Program-made: the position numbers and the translations under genes | Notes under the pieces: model-generated | What the model was told of the DNA's origin: nothing | Databases searched by the model: none | The model's input: only the letters and a program-made list of their open reading frames with translations | From: Trueperaceae bacterium | Lineage (GTDB): Bacteria; Deinococcota; Deinococci; Deinococcales; Trueperaceae | NCBI GenBank assembly: GCA_965213925.1 | Contig: OZ243927.1 | Span: forward strand, 3,648,001-3,712,000 | Reading direction: 5' to 3' | DNA length: 64,000 bases | Shown: piece after piece, positions 1 through 9,764 of the stretch | Position numbering within the stretch: position 1 is the stretch's first letter | How the letters are laid out: each line of letters opens with the position of its first letter

Positions 1-1643
1 AAGCCAGCAGGCGTCTGACCGATGAAGACCGAGGCTTGGTTGTCGAGCGTACCCGTGCGCCCCGGCGTCGCGACGAACTCGAAGGTTTTGCTCTCGTTCG
101 CCTCCAAGGTAACGGGGATGACGAGGTCGCCCTCTAAACCCAACCCCTGCTGCGGCGACTCGCGCAGTTCGAAGGAGACGGTGCGTCCCAAGGGGTTCGT
201 CACGCGCACGGTAAAGCGCGTCTCTTGACCCTCCAAAGCCGTCTCGGTCTCGGCACGCTTTTCGACCAGGATGAGGCGTCGCGTGAGCGTGTCAGGCGCG
301 GCCACGTCACCCACAGAAGAGGTCAGCCGCGCCGTAAACTCGCCCGTTTCCTCCGCGCCGAAGCGCACGGAGGCTTCGTAGGTGTGCGTCACAGCGTCGC
401 CCGCGGCTAAGGTGCCTTCGAAGAGCGGTGGCTCTAAAGGCTCCAACCACTCGGGCGGCAGGTCGCTCAAGGTGTAGGAGACGCTTTCGTCGCTGTCGTG
501 GCTCACGGTCAGAGAGACCGTAACGACTTCGCCGGGCAAGACCTCGTCTAAGTCGAGGTCTCTGGTCAACATCACTGCAGCTTGCGCTTCGGGTTCCGGC
601 GTCGGCTCGGGTTGCGGCGTTATAGGTTCTGGCGTCACCGGCTCTGGGTCCGGCTCGGGCTCCAGTTCCGTCCCGGTAGTCTGCTCCAAGACGTAGCGCA
701 CCTGCCCGCCTCCAAAGCCAAAGTCGACCCGCGTCCCCTCACCTCTTGCGCCGTCCGTCTCGATGTCGACGAGCCTATACTCGCCCGGCACCTCCAGCGT
801 GACGGTGCGTTCGCTGTAGCCTGTGATGCGGACGGGAATATCTAAAGGATTGCCCGCCGTATCCACCACCTCGGCGACGACGGGCTCAGGGTAGAGCGTC
901 TTCGTCGCGACGGTGTTGGAGTACTGATACGCGCCTTTGGGTTGACGGAGGTAGACGGTGTAGGTACCGGCCTCGTCGAACTCCCAGACCTGCCACGCCA
1001 AGTCCTCCGAGACGGGCAAGCTGCGCTCGCTGCCGTCCGCCATGACGACCTTGGCCTCTAGCTCGCCCGCGCCGTCGCCGTCGTAGAGCGCGTAACGCGC
1101 GGGCACGCCCTCGCGGGGCAGCTTGGCTTGAAAGGCTTGCGTCCACTCGCCCCCGCGCACGTCGAAGAGTTCGACGCCTTCGGCGAAGCGGAGCGAGCTG
1201 ACGCTCGGGTCGGGTGTCGTTACGCGGATGATAAAGGCGTTTTTGCCGAGCCCGGTGAAGCGGCTGCGCAGGGTGTACGCGCCCTTCTCCAAGGTGCCTT
1301 CGAAGAGCGTTTCCCACTCGTGTTGCTCCACTTCGTAGCGCCTTTCGGCAATGGTGTCGCCATCTTCTAAAACGAACGCTCCGACGAGCGGCGTATCGCC
1401 GTAGCGTTCGTCGCCCAGCTCCTCGCGCCCGTCCAAGGCGGCGCGGTAGTCGTCCGGGTCGAAGCCGGGGGAGTAGATTTCGAGCTTCACCGGGCTGTCC
1501 TGACCGAGCGAGAGCGTCATCACGACCTCTTCGATTTCCCAGCCCAAAGCGTCGCCGGGCACGATGCCTTTGACCGTGTTGTTACTCTCATCAGCGAGCG
1601 CGAAAGAAGCAAATAAGGTCAGAAATAGATATAAGTACTTCAC
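1..1643 (-). CDS. Large secreted DUF11/Ig-like repeat protein, 3' part outside the window
   Basis: Not in the ORF track because it runs off the window. The GTG at 1643 overlaps the TGA of the upstream gene (GTGA). It reads MKYLYLFLTLFASFALA|DESNNTVKG...YSPGFDPDDYR, a signal peptide followed by Ig-like strands and a PEP-rich linker near 580-665. Confidence 0.8.
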   Translation of the reverse strand, partial: MKYLYLFLTLFASFALADESNNTVKGIVPGDALGWEIEEVVMTLSLGQDSPVKLEIYSPGFDPDDYRAALDGREELGDERYGDTPLVGAFVLEDGDTIAERRYEVEQHEWETLFEGTLEKGAYTLRSRFTGLGKNAFIIRVTTPDPSVSSLRFAEGVELFDVRGGEWTQAFQAKLPREGVPARYALYDGDGAGELEAKVVMADGSERSLPVSEDLAWQVWEFDEAGTYTVYLRQPKGAYQYSNTVATKTLYPEPVVAEVVDTAGNPLDIPVRITGYSERTVTLEVPGEYRLVDIETDGARGEGTRVDFGFGGGQVRYVLEQTTGTELEPEPDPEPVTPEPITPQPEPTPEPEAQAAVMLTRDLDLDEVLPGEVVTVSLTVSHDSDESVSYTLSDLPPEWLEPLEPPLFEGTLAAGDAVTHTYEASVRFGAEETGEFTARLTSSVGDVAAPDTLTRRLILVEKRAETETALEGQETRFTVRVTNPLGRTVSFELRESPQQGLGLEGDLVIPVTLEANESKTFEFVATPGRTGTLDNQASVFIGQTPAG

Positions 1644-4456
1644 GGGTATCTCCAGCGGGCGTCAGGGTCAGTGAGACCGATAGGGGCGTTTAGGTCATAC
1701 GTCAGCGTTTGCTCGCCCTCGAACGCCTCGAAGGTGAAGCGGCGCGGAGCCGCGCCGGGGACGGGGTCGCTGACGACCAGCTCGGGGAGGGGCTCGGGGC
1801 TCGAGAGGGTTAGCACCACGCGCACCCCTTCGCCCCCGTCCGGCTGGGGCAGCGCGATGAGGCGCTTCTCCACGCTGAGCGGTCCGAAGCGCAAGGTCGT
1901 CTGCCGGTAGGCGCGAATCGTCCCCGCTGGCGCAACTAGGGGAAAGTCGCTCACCGTCAGCCCTTGTAAGACCGCGCGGTGCTGGTAGCCCTCCCTCAAC
2001 CCTTCGGGATGCGGCAGCGGCGCAAAGGGCGCGGACGCCGCGTCCAGCGTCACGGACCACGCGCCCGGCGTGAGGTCGCGGAAGGTGTAGCGCCCCTCGG
2101 CGTCGGTCAGCGTCTGCCAACCGTTCGGGAGCAGCACCCGTGCGCCGGGCAGGGGAACGTCGAGGCCGCGCTCGTACGCGCAGTTCTGATTGACGTCTAA
2201 GTAGACGCGCCCGCTCAAGAGGGCGTCGGGGCGACCTAAGACGCGCTCGTCTAACGCGACGTCCACTTGCACCTCGTCGCTCACCACGACAACGCCTGAA
2301 ACCGCACCGTCGCCGAACGTGCCGCGGGCGTACGCCGTATTGCGCAGCGGGCTGCTCGCGCCGGGCTGCACGCTGAGGGCGTACGACACGCTCACGCGGT
2401 CGCGCCCGTCCGCGCTGCCTTTAGGCTCTAAAAGGAAGTCCGGCTCATTCGTCAAGTCCCACACCAGTTCGTCGCCGCGCGCTTGAGGTTCGGTGGCACT
2501 TTCGTTCGCGCCGCTTTTCACGACCGCGCTGCCCGCCACGTACGCCGTGCGCTCAGGTGGGGTGTCGATGAGGGTCAGCTCGAGCGCCACGTCGTTCGGG
2601 TTCGAGACCGTGACCGTGTAGTGCAGCGTGTCGCCGATACGCACGACCTCTTCTTCCACCGTCTTTTCGATGTTGAGGCTCAGGAGGGGAAAGGCGTGCG
2701 TGACCTCGTTCGAAGCCTTAGGCTCGGGCAACTCCTGCGCCGCCACGCGGAAGCGGTTACGCAACACAAAGCGCGCGCTGTCAGGCACATCTTCGGGCAT
2801 CTTCACGCCGAGCGTGAACGTCACGCTTTCGCCCGCGCCCAATTGCGAAACGCGCCAGGTCACGGTGCGCGTGTCCGCGTCGTACGTGCCTCCGTCCGAC
2901 GCGGACACGAAGGTCGGCGCAGGCACGCCCAGCGCGCTCCCTCCGTCCACATTTTCGAAGCCCTGCAAGGTGTCGCTGACGCGCACGTCATTTAGGTCGA
3001 AGTCGTGGTCGTTCGTCACGCTGAGCGTGTAGGTGAGCAACTCCCCTTCTCCGACCGACCCCTCCGGCTCGGCGCGTTTGACGAGGTCCAGTTCGGGACC
3101 CGCCGCGACGACCTCGTCTACGCGGTCGTAGGTGAGGTTCGTCCTGCCCGTCTGCGAAGTCGCCGTGAGGGTGACGGTGAAAGGCTGAACGAGGTCATTC
3201 GCCGTCACGCAGAACTGAAAGTTGCGGCGTTCGCCCGCGCGCAGCTCGAGGGTGCGCGGCAACGGCTCGCCACCTACACTTCTAAGCGTGCCCGTGACGC
3301 CCGCAGGCAAGCCGCTGAAGGAGACCTCGTAACGGTCTCGAGCGGTGCTCGCGTTCTCCAGCGTGTGCGTGAAGCAGCTCGCCTGAGCGTAGACGAGCCG
3401 CCCGGTTTGGGTGTCGTCGGCGCTGCCTTCGCCACCAGGATTCGCCCGAGGGTTGCCGCCCGGTCCTAAAAAGTGGAGGTTATCTCTAGTGACGTCGAAC
3501 TCGGCGCTGGCCTCGGCGGGTCCGCCGGGTCCGGTCGCGAAGGCGCGGTTCTGACGCGCGCCCGCCGCCGCACCAAAAGTGACGCGCAGGTCGAAGCGGA
3601 GAAAGGCCGCGCCGCCGACCGCGAGCGAATCGAGCCGCAGACGAACGCCGCGCACCGCCGCTGGCTCATTTTGCGTCCAGGTCGAGCCGTCCGAGTATTC
3701 GACCGTGCCTTGCGTCGCCGCCGCCGAGCCCGCCACAAAGGTGAGCCCGTCCAAGTTAGCGAGGTCGAAGTCGTCCGTGAGGACGGGACCGATAGAAGGC
3801 TGAGAGCCGTCATTGAGCAGGCGCACTTCGAAGCGTGCGGTGTCGCCGGGGCTCAAGGTAGGGCTCGAGACCGTCTTAAAGAGTTGCAGCGCCGAACCCT
3901 GGACGATCTGCACGAGCCCGTAGTTCTCCGCGTCCTCCTCGGCTGTCCCCTGACAGGTCGCGGCGGGCGAGAGCGTTTTATCGCCCGCCGCATCCGAGGG
4001 CGTCGCGACCTCTAGGATGAGCGCGGCGTCCGCGCCGCGCTCTAAGGTGAGCGACGAGACGGCCGTCTCGCCCGCGTCCAGGCGTCCGTTGCGGTTGACG
4101 TCCTCGTAGAGCGCGGTTTCGCTCGGCGTCCAGCCGCCTGCTCCTTGCGCTACGGACAGGTCGAAGGTGAAGCGGTCGTTACCAGCGTTCGTGAGCGTAT
4201 AGGGCAGATAGGCGCGCGCGCCCGCGCCCACGCTGACGCTTTGTCCCGGCGCGGCGGGCGTCCCGTTCGGCGTCAGATTAGGGGCGCAGACGGTCCGGAC
4301 CGTGGTGTCCACCTCGTTCGAGAGGTAGGTTTCGCCGTTCGCTTGCGCGCTCGCTTGGTTGCGGATAACCGTACCCGCGGGTGTGCCTGCGCCCCACGCG
4401 GCGGCGGCGATAAGCAGTGCCAAAATGCAGTGAATTGTCCTTTTCACGTGCGTCAT
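1640..4456 (-). CDS. Secreted DUF11-repeat protein with an SdrD-B-like C-terminal region
   Basis: Likely start MTHVKRTIHC at ATG 4456, followed by a signal peptide. Three complete K...D...N DUF11-type repeats (LQLFKTV, LDLVKRA, LNIEKTV), then a GRVYLDVNQN...TDAEGRYTF module. Confidence 0.85.
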   Translation of the reverse strand: MTHVKRTIHCILALLIAAAAWGAGTPAGTVIRNQASAQANGETYLSNEVDTTVRTVCAPNLTPNGTPAAPGQSVSVGAGARAYLPYTLTNAGNDRFTFDLSVAQGAGGWTPSETALYEDVNRNGRLDAGETAVSSLTLERGADAALILEVATPSDAAGDKTLSPAATCQGTAEEDAENYGLVQIVQGSALQLFKTVSSPTLSPGDTARFEVRLLNDGSQPSIGPVLTDDFDLANLDGLTFVAGSAAATQGTVEYSDGSTWTQNEPAAVRGVRLRLDSLAVGGAAFLRFDLRVTFGAAAGARQNRAFATGPGGPAEASAEFDVTRDNLHFLGPGGNPRANPGGEGSADDTQTGRLVYAQASCFTHTLENASTARDRYEVSFSGLPAGVTGTLRSVGGEPLPRTLELRAGERRNFQFCVTANDLVQPFTVTLTATSQTGRTNLTYDRVDEVVAAGPELDLVKRAEPEGSVGEGELLTYTLSVTNDHDFDLNDVRVSDTLQGFENVDGGSALGVPAPTFVSASDGGTYDADTRTVTWRVSQLGAGESVTFTLGVKMPEDVPDSARFVLRNRFRVAAQELPEPKASNEVTHAFPLLSLNIEKTVEEEVVRIGDTLHYTVTVSNPNDVALELTLIDTPPERTAYVAGSAVVKSGANESATEPQARGDELVWDLTNEPDFLLEPKGSADGRDRVSVSYALSVQPGASSPLRNTAYARGTFGDGAVSGVVVVSDEVQVDVALDERVLGRPDALLSGRVYLDVNQNCAYERGLDVPLPGARVLLPNGWQTLTDAEGRYTFRDLTPGAWSVTLDAASAPFAPLPHPEGLREGYQHRAVLQGLTVSDFPLVAPAGTIRAYRQTTLRFGPLSVEKRLIALPQPDGGEGVRVVLTLSSPEPLPELVVSDPVPGAAPRRFTFEAFEGEQTLTYDLNAPIGLTDPDARWRYP

Positions 4457-4538
4457 GCGGTGACCTCGTCCTCGCTGATGGAGGCGGAATAGAATAGGTG
4501 CGTCATAAAAATAGGTGATAGAGGGTGCGTAAGATACT

Positions 4539-4572
4539 CCCTGCCCCGGCACGAGAGCGTACCGGGGCAGGG
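4539..4572 (-). terminator. Stem-loop downstream of the 914-aa DUF11 gene (terminator or mRNA stabiliser)
   Basis: CCCTGCCCCGG-N12-CCGGGGCAGGG perfect 11-bp inverted repeat in the intergenic gap. Confidence 0.6.
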
Positions 4573-4581
4573 CGAGAGGGT

Positions 4582-7326
4582 TTACTGCACGGTCACTTCG
4601 AAGGTGAGGGTGACTTCCGCGTTGGCGGGGAAGGTGTCGTCGTCATCGTTCACGACGCCGTCGCCGTCCGTATCCACGTAGACGTAGATGCTCTCGCCTG
4701 CCTCGAGGCTGAGGGGGTCGCCTGTAGTGCCGTCGCCATTTTCGTCGTCTAGGTCGTCGGTGTAGGTCACGCCGTCCACGGAGTAGAGCAGCGTAGGCGC
4801 GGACGCGAAGCCGCTCGCGCTGGCGCTCACCGAGACGAAGTCTGTAAAGGCGGGCAAGGGGTCGGAGATGACGACCTCGGTGAGGTCGGCGTTGCCCAGG
4901 TTCTTAGCGACAACGGTGTAGGTGATGGTTTCGCCGGGCGCAGCCGTGGCTTTGTTCACCGATTTGTCGAGGCTCAGGTCGCCGCTGACTACGGTGGTGC
5001 GGTCGATGACAGAAGCCTGGGCGGTGTCCGTGTCGCCGGTGACAGAATCCGGGAAGGTCGCGGTTGCGGTGAGCGTTAAGACGTTGACGTCATCAGGGTT
5101 GTAACCCTGGGGCGCACTCACCCGGACGAAGAGGGACTGCGTGTCGCCGGGCTCGAGCGTCGCAGGCAGCGTGAGGCTCGAGTCGTTGAGCCCATAGAAG
5201 GTGGTGCCGTCATACGAATAGCTGTAGTCGAAGTCCACGCCGCTCTCGCTCTCCGTAAGGCTGATCGCGGTGAGGTCCCGGTTACCCGTGTTGGTGATCG
5301 TGTGCTCGTAAGTCACCGTGCCGGGCGAGGTGATGTCGCTGTCGCGGTCCGGCGAGAAGGTGAAGGTGTTAGCCTCGTTCACCGTGACGGTGTTGAGGTT
5401 GAAGGTCACGGGCGCGATATCGGGCGAGTCGATAGTCTGGTTGACGGTCGCCGTCTGCGGCGTCGCGCCGCTCGGCACGCTCACAACTGCGAAGACGGTG
5501 ATCTCTTCGTCCGGGTCGACCGAGCCGGTGTTCGTGATCGGGGTGAGCGCGTCCAGCTCAGCCTGGGTCACGGTGCCGTCGCCGTCTGCGTCTGGGTCGG
5601 TCGCGTAGTAGACCACGCTGACGGTCGTGGGTCCGAAGGTGACCGAGCCGTCCAGGGTGAACGTATCGCTGTTGCCGCCCGTATTCACCACGTCCATCGG
5701 GAAGACGACGATGTCGCTGGAGTCAGCGTCTTCGTTGACGCTGTTCGCATTGTCCACTCGCCCGTCGGTATCGTCAGCGACGATATCGTTACCGGCATCG
5801 TCGGCGTCTGCGTCGTTACCGAACGCCACGCCCGCGCCCACGATGTCGTTAATGGTGTTCGTAGTCGGGTCTGACGTGGAGCTGTCCGTGACTGAGGTCG
5901 CAGTGACGACGACGCTATGAACCACGTCACCGGTGTCGCCGCCATCATTATCGGTTGGCGTGTCGCCAGGAATCCGCACGCGGACGATGAAGTCGAAGGT
6001 TTCGCCTGCGCCTAGCGGTCCGGTATCCGGCACGCCGTCGCCGCCGGTCGGCAGCGCCGCGCCACTTGTCGAAAGGAGCTGGACGGTCGCGTCACTCGGT
6101 AGGTTGAGGTCGTCCGTATTCACTGTGAGGTTGAAGGTGTCGGTGTCGGTGCCTGTGTTCTGGACGGTATTGGTGAAGTCTACGGTGCTACCAGCGTTAG
6201 CGCTCGCGACAGTCTGAACGTCGCTGGGATCGCCATCAGGGTCGCCGTCTGGACCGAGTGCGACGCCGATGGAGGCTTGTACGTTGGTCGTAGCGGTGTT
6301 CGTCGTGATCGTTCTCGTCGTCCCAGCGTTGTTCGTGTAGGTGACGTCCGCGTCGTTATTGATGGAACCTGGCGTAGTCTTCGTGACGGTCACGGGGATG
6401 GTGAGGGTCACGCTCTGGCGGGCGGCGACGGTAGCGAAGGTCGCGGTGATTTCGGGTGTGGCTCCGGAGGTGTCTACGCTGACACTACCGCTCGTAGGGG
6501 AGGTAGTGGCGGGGTTGCTGGTGTCGTAGGAGACGCCACTAGGCAGCGTATCGCTAATCACAATGTTCGTCGCGTCGGCTGACCCCGTGTTCTCCACGGT
6601 GATGGTGTAGGTGAGTGAGCGCGCGCCGCTGGCGGGAACGGACGTCTGACTGACCGACTTGTTCGGGACGATCGCCGCGTCTTCTACGACGTTCGTCCGG
6701 TGGTAGTTGTTGTTGTCGACTTTGGTTGCATCGCCCTGGCTCGTGGCGACCGGGGTGGCGATGACGACGTCGTCGCTCGAGTCGGTCGTGTCGACGCCTG
6801 CCGGGACGTCATAAGCCATGATGAGCTTGCGCGTGTTGGCACCGTCCGTCGTCGTGGCGGGCAGCGTGACCTCGGTCACGGCGGTGTTTTCGCCGGACTG
6901 CAGCACACCGTCACCGTTGTCGTCGATGTAAAAGGTGATGTTGGCGGGCGTGACGTGGGTGGCGTCTGTTAGCGAGGTGTCTACGGTGCTCGTCAACTGG
7001 AAGGTGTCCGTGCCGTTCCCCGTGTTGGTGAGCGTGTAGGGGTAGTACACAGGGCTGCCGGGGATGGCGTCGCGGGTCTGACCGGGCGCGGCTACGTTGC
7101 CGTCAGGCGTCACGCTCACGCCGTAGACCTGCTGCACGGTGGTGATGACCAGGTCGGAGTTGACCGACTGCGGGTTGCCCGCCGAGTCGATATAGTCGGC
7201 GGTCGCCTGGTTCTCAATCTGGGTGCCTGCGGCGGTGCCGGCGGGGGTCTGTGTCTGCGCGAACGCTTGCGGCGCGAGGACCAGAGCCGCGAAGAGCAGC
7301 GCCAAGGCGGGGCGTATAGGTATCAT
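4582..7326 (-). CDS. Secreted acidic DUF11-repeat protein, candidate major filament subunit
   Basis: GGAGG RBS, signal peptide ending AFA-Q, repeated NTGN...DTF Ig-like modules, DUF11 motifs and DxDGDG calcium-binding-type loops. Confidence 0.9.
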   Translation of the reverse strand: MIPIRPALALLFAALVLAPQAFAQTQTPAGTAAGTQIENQATADYIDSAGNPQSVNSDLVITTVQQVYGVSVTPDGNVAAPGQTRDAIPGSPVYYPYTLTNTGNGTDTFQLTSTVDTSLTDATHVTPANITFYIDDNGDGVLQSGENTAVTEVTLPATTTDGANTRKLIMAYDVPAGVDTTDSSDDVVIATPVATSQGDATKVDNNNYHRTNVVEDAAIVPNKSVSQTSVPASGARSLTYTITVENTGSADATNIVISDTLPSGVSYDTSNPATTSPTSGSVSVDTSGATPEITATFATVAARQSVTLTIPVTVTKTTPGSINNDADVTYTNNAGTTRTITTNTATTNVQASIGVALGPDGDPDGDPSDVQTVASANAGSTVDFTNTVQNTGTDTDTFNLTVNTDDLNLPSDATVQLLSTSGAALPTGGDGVPDTGPLGAGETFDFIVRVRIPGDTPTDNDGGDTGDVVHSVVVTATSVTDSSTSDPTTNTINDIVGAGVAFGNDADADDAGNDIVADDTDGRVDNANSVNEDADSSDIVVFPMDVVNTGGNSDTFTLDGSVTFGPTTVSVVYYATDPDADGDGTVTQAELDALTPITNTGSVDPDEEITVFAVVSVPSGATPQTATVNQTIDSPDIAPVTFNLNTVTVNEANTFTFSPDRDSDITSPGTVTYEHTITNTGNRDLTAISLTESESGVDFDYSYSYDGTTFYGLNDSSLTLPATLEPGDTQSLFVRVSAPQGYNPDDVNVLTLTATATFPDSVTGDTDTAQASVIDRTTVVSGDLSLDKSVNKATAAPGETITYTVVAKNLGNADLTEVVISDPLPAFTDFVSVSASASGFASAPTLLYSVDGVTYTDDLDDENGDGTTGDPLSLEAGESIYVYVDTDGDGVVNDDDDTFPANAEVTLTFEVTVQ

Positions 7327-7367
7327 CTTTCCTCCATAAAATGTGGGATTAAATTGACGTCGCGGGC

Positions 7368-7895
7368 TTAGAGCACCCGCACGCGGTAGACGAACGTGCG
7401 CGCCTGACCCGGACCTAGTTCGCTGAGCAACTCCCAGCGCACCGCGTCGTACTGCGCGGGCTCGGCCGCCACCTCTTGCGCGTCGCCGTTTTCGTCCATA
7501 ACGGTGACGGTCGGCGCGGCGCTAAAGCTTTCACCTTCGTCGGCGCTAAAGGTGAGGTCGGACCCTCCTTCGCCCGTCGCCGACGCCGCGAGGTAGTGCG
7601 TGCGCTCGGGCACCGGACCCGTCGCCGCGACGCCTTCAGGGATCACCGTTTCGCTCTCGTTCTCGAGCGTGAGGTGATACTCCAGAACCTGACCCGGCTC
7701 GGCGACGTCGGTAGGGACGAGCTGTTCCTCGACTGTGCCGTCCTCTAATATCACCTCCGTCACAAGATAGCTCTCCAAGGTGACCGCCAACGGCGTTTGC
7801 GCCTGGGCGACGCCCATGGACATCCCTACGACGCCAAAAATAAGGGCGCAACAAAAGATGGGGCAGAAACCTAGAGCGGACCGGTAGTGTTGCAT
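7368..7895 (-). CDS. Small secreted single-domain DUF11-like protein
   Basis: GAGGAGG RBS, signal peptide (AQAQ) and PGQVLEYHLTLEN...FVYRVRV pattern. Confidence 0.85.
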   Translation of the reverse strand: MQHYRSALGFCPIFCCALIFGVVGMSMGVAQAQTPLAVTLESYLVTEVILEDGTVEEQLVPTDVAEPGQVLEYHLTLENESETVIPEGVAATGPVPERTHYLAASATGEGGSDLTFSADEGESFSAAPTVTVMDENGDAQEVAAEPAQYDAVRWELLSELGPGQARTFVYRVRVL

Positions 7896-8339
7896 GTAGC
7901 CTCCTCTTCATCAGGTGCACGTCAAATTTTGAGGGTATAGAAAACTCGTATAAAGTGCACTGACAAGCAGCTTACAAAGTACCGCTGTACCTCCTTGGTG
8001 GCATCTTCCACACGTCAAGTGCGCGCACACGCCGGATGTCTAAAACCTCACAAGAGGTAAAAAAATGTGAAAAATTAACGGTATCGAGGGTTACTCAGGG
8101 GGTTTTTTGGCAAAGGTAAGCGCTGAAGAGGCGATAAAACGAGGAAAAGTTTCAGGTGACTCTATGCCGAGAGGTCGTTCTTCCCACCTCTTCTGATGTA
8201 GTGCACCTGTACTTATACGGACACCTCACGCTAAAGAGGTTCGTCGCCAGCTTTCGCTACTCCGGCTCGGTGAGCGGCTAGCGTGACGCGAAGCGTTTGC
8301 ACAGCGTCAAACAGGGCGAGAAATACGGCGGACAGCAAC

Positions 8340-8370
8340 AAAAAAGCGCCACGTTCCAGACGCGGCGCTT
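8340..8370 (-). terminator. Intrinsic terminator of the SLH gene
   Basis: Minus strand reads AAGCGCCGCGT-CTGGA-ACGTGGCGCTT followed by a T run. Confidence 0.7.
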
Positions 8371-8488
8371 ACAGAAGATGCTATGAACATAAGGCTGTTT
8401 CGGTTCAGTGCTTAGCGCAAAACCTTAGAGAGGCTCAACCTCGAGCAGAACCAACTTTACATGGCTACAACACAGCCTGATTCACTAG

Positions 8489-9568
8489 CTAAAAACGCAG
8501 GTTGACGCCCACCGTGAACGCGGCGTCCGCGCTGCTCACGGGCGCGAAGCCGTAGCTCGTGATGAGCTGCCCGAACAAACCGACGCGCGGCGTCACGAAG
8601 TATTCCGCGCCGAAGGGGACCTCGAGCAAGAGCGCGTCGCCGTCAGGCCTTAGCGTGTAGCCGACGCCTAAGCCGCCGTAGAGGTCGAGGTCGGCGGTGA
8701 GCGCGTCTAAACGCAGGAGCGTGTCCACGCTGAAACGCAACTCGTCGTCGCCGCCGTTAAAGGTGAGGCGGCTTGCGAAGCCGACGGGACCGATGAGGTT
8801 ATCGTAGCCAGCTTGCACGCTCAAGTGGACCTCGCCCGCCGTCGAGATGACGCCGGGCGCGACGCCGAGGTAGAAGGGGTAGAGAGGTCGCTGGCTGAGG
8901 CGCACGCGGCTCACGCCGCCATTATCTTGGCTGTTATTCTGAACAACCGGACCGCCCGGTGTGCCCTCTCGAGCTGCCTGCCGCGCCGCGCTCCAAGCTG
9001 AGCGCTCACCCTGCGAACCGTCCTCTAAGGTGGCGGGGAATTCCTCCGTACCGCGCTCCACGTTGAGAACCCTCTCGAGGGCGACTAAGCGCCCCTCGAG
9101 CCTGCGCACATAGTCGAGCGACGCCGCGTCGCTCAGCGCCGCTTCCAGGCTCTCCGTGCGCTCTAAGAGGCTAGTGCGTCCTAAAGAGACCTCGTCGCGG
9201 CGCATCCGCTCCTCGAAGCGTGCGCCTGGCACCGCGCCTAAAATCTGGTCGGTGTAGTCGATGAGCCGCGCCGCGACCAAGGCGAGTTCGTAGCGCGACG
9301 CGCTCTGCTCGCCCCGGTAGTCGCCCCCCGGATAGCCCGTCAAAACGCCCAGCCGGGCGAGCGCGTCGACCGCCGGGTAAGCCCAATGAGAGGCCTGTAC
9401 GTCATTAAACTCGTCCGGGGCGGGACCTAGTGCGCCCGCTGGGAGCGGCGCTTGCGCGCTCACGCCCGTCATCAAAAGCGCGGCGAGAATCGCAGCAGAG
9501 AATACGCCGAGACGCCCAACAATGTACCTTGACTTGCGCCCATTTTCACTGCACTCACCTGCTCGCAT
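8489..9568 (-). CDS. S-layer homology (SLH) domain protein with coiled coil and C-terminal outer-membrane beta-barrel (SlpA/OmpM-like architecture)
   Basis: FNDVQASHWAYPAVDALARLGVLTGYPGG...SRYE SLH motif; amphipathic strands ending VGVNLRF; GGAGG RBS before ATG 9568. Confidence 0.85.
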   Translation of the reverse strand: MRAGECSENGRKSRYIVGRLGVFSAAILAALLMTGVSAQAPLPAGALGPAPDEFNDVQASHWAYPAVDALARLGVLTGYPGGDYRGEQSASRYELALVAARLIDYTDQILGAVPGARFEERMRRDEVSLGRTSLLERTESLEAALSDAASLDYVRRLEGRLVALERVLNVERGTEEFPATLEDGSQGERSAWSAARQAAREGTPGGPVVQNNSQDNGGVSRVRLSQRPLYPFYLGVAPGVISTAGEVHLSVQAGYDNLIGPVGFASRLTFNGGDDELRFSVDTLLRLDALTADLDLYGGLGVGYTLRPDGDALLLEVPFGAEYFVTPRVGLFGQLITSYGFAPVSSADAAFTVGVNLRF

Positions 9569-9711
9569 TATGACCTCCACTTCAGAGTATGCCAGTTTAA
9601 CAGGGCGATGATGTGTTGCATGGTGAAGTGTAGATGAGGAACTCTTCATGGAGCGTTGGCGCGGGGAGATCAGGGCCGCCTCCGCATAGCGGTCTCCACA
9701 CAACAATAGTT

Positions 9712-9738
9712 GAGGGGAGGCTACTCGAGCCTCCCCTC
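9712..9738 (-). terminator. Stem-loop after the DUF2203 gene
   Basis: GAGGGGAGGCT-N5-AGCCTCCCCTC inverted repeat. Confidence 0.55.
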
Positions 9739-9764
9739 CTCAATCCGCAATTTCACTGATAACG

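Noticed and set aside
7896..8488. c-di-GMP riboswitch ahead of the DUF11 operon
   Set aside because: No GAGCTAGT/GCAACC-like core or matching P1 found by eye on either strand.
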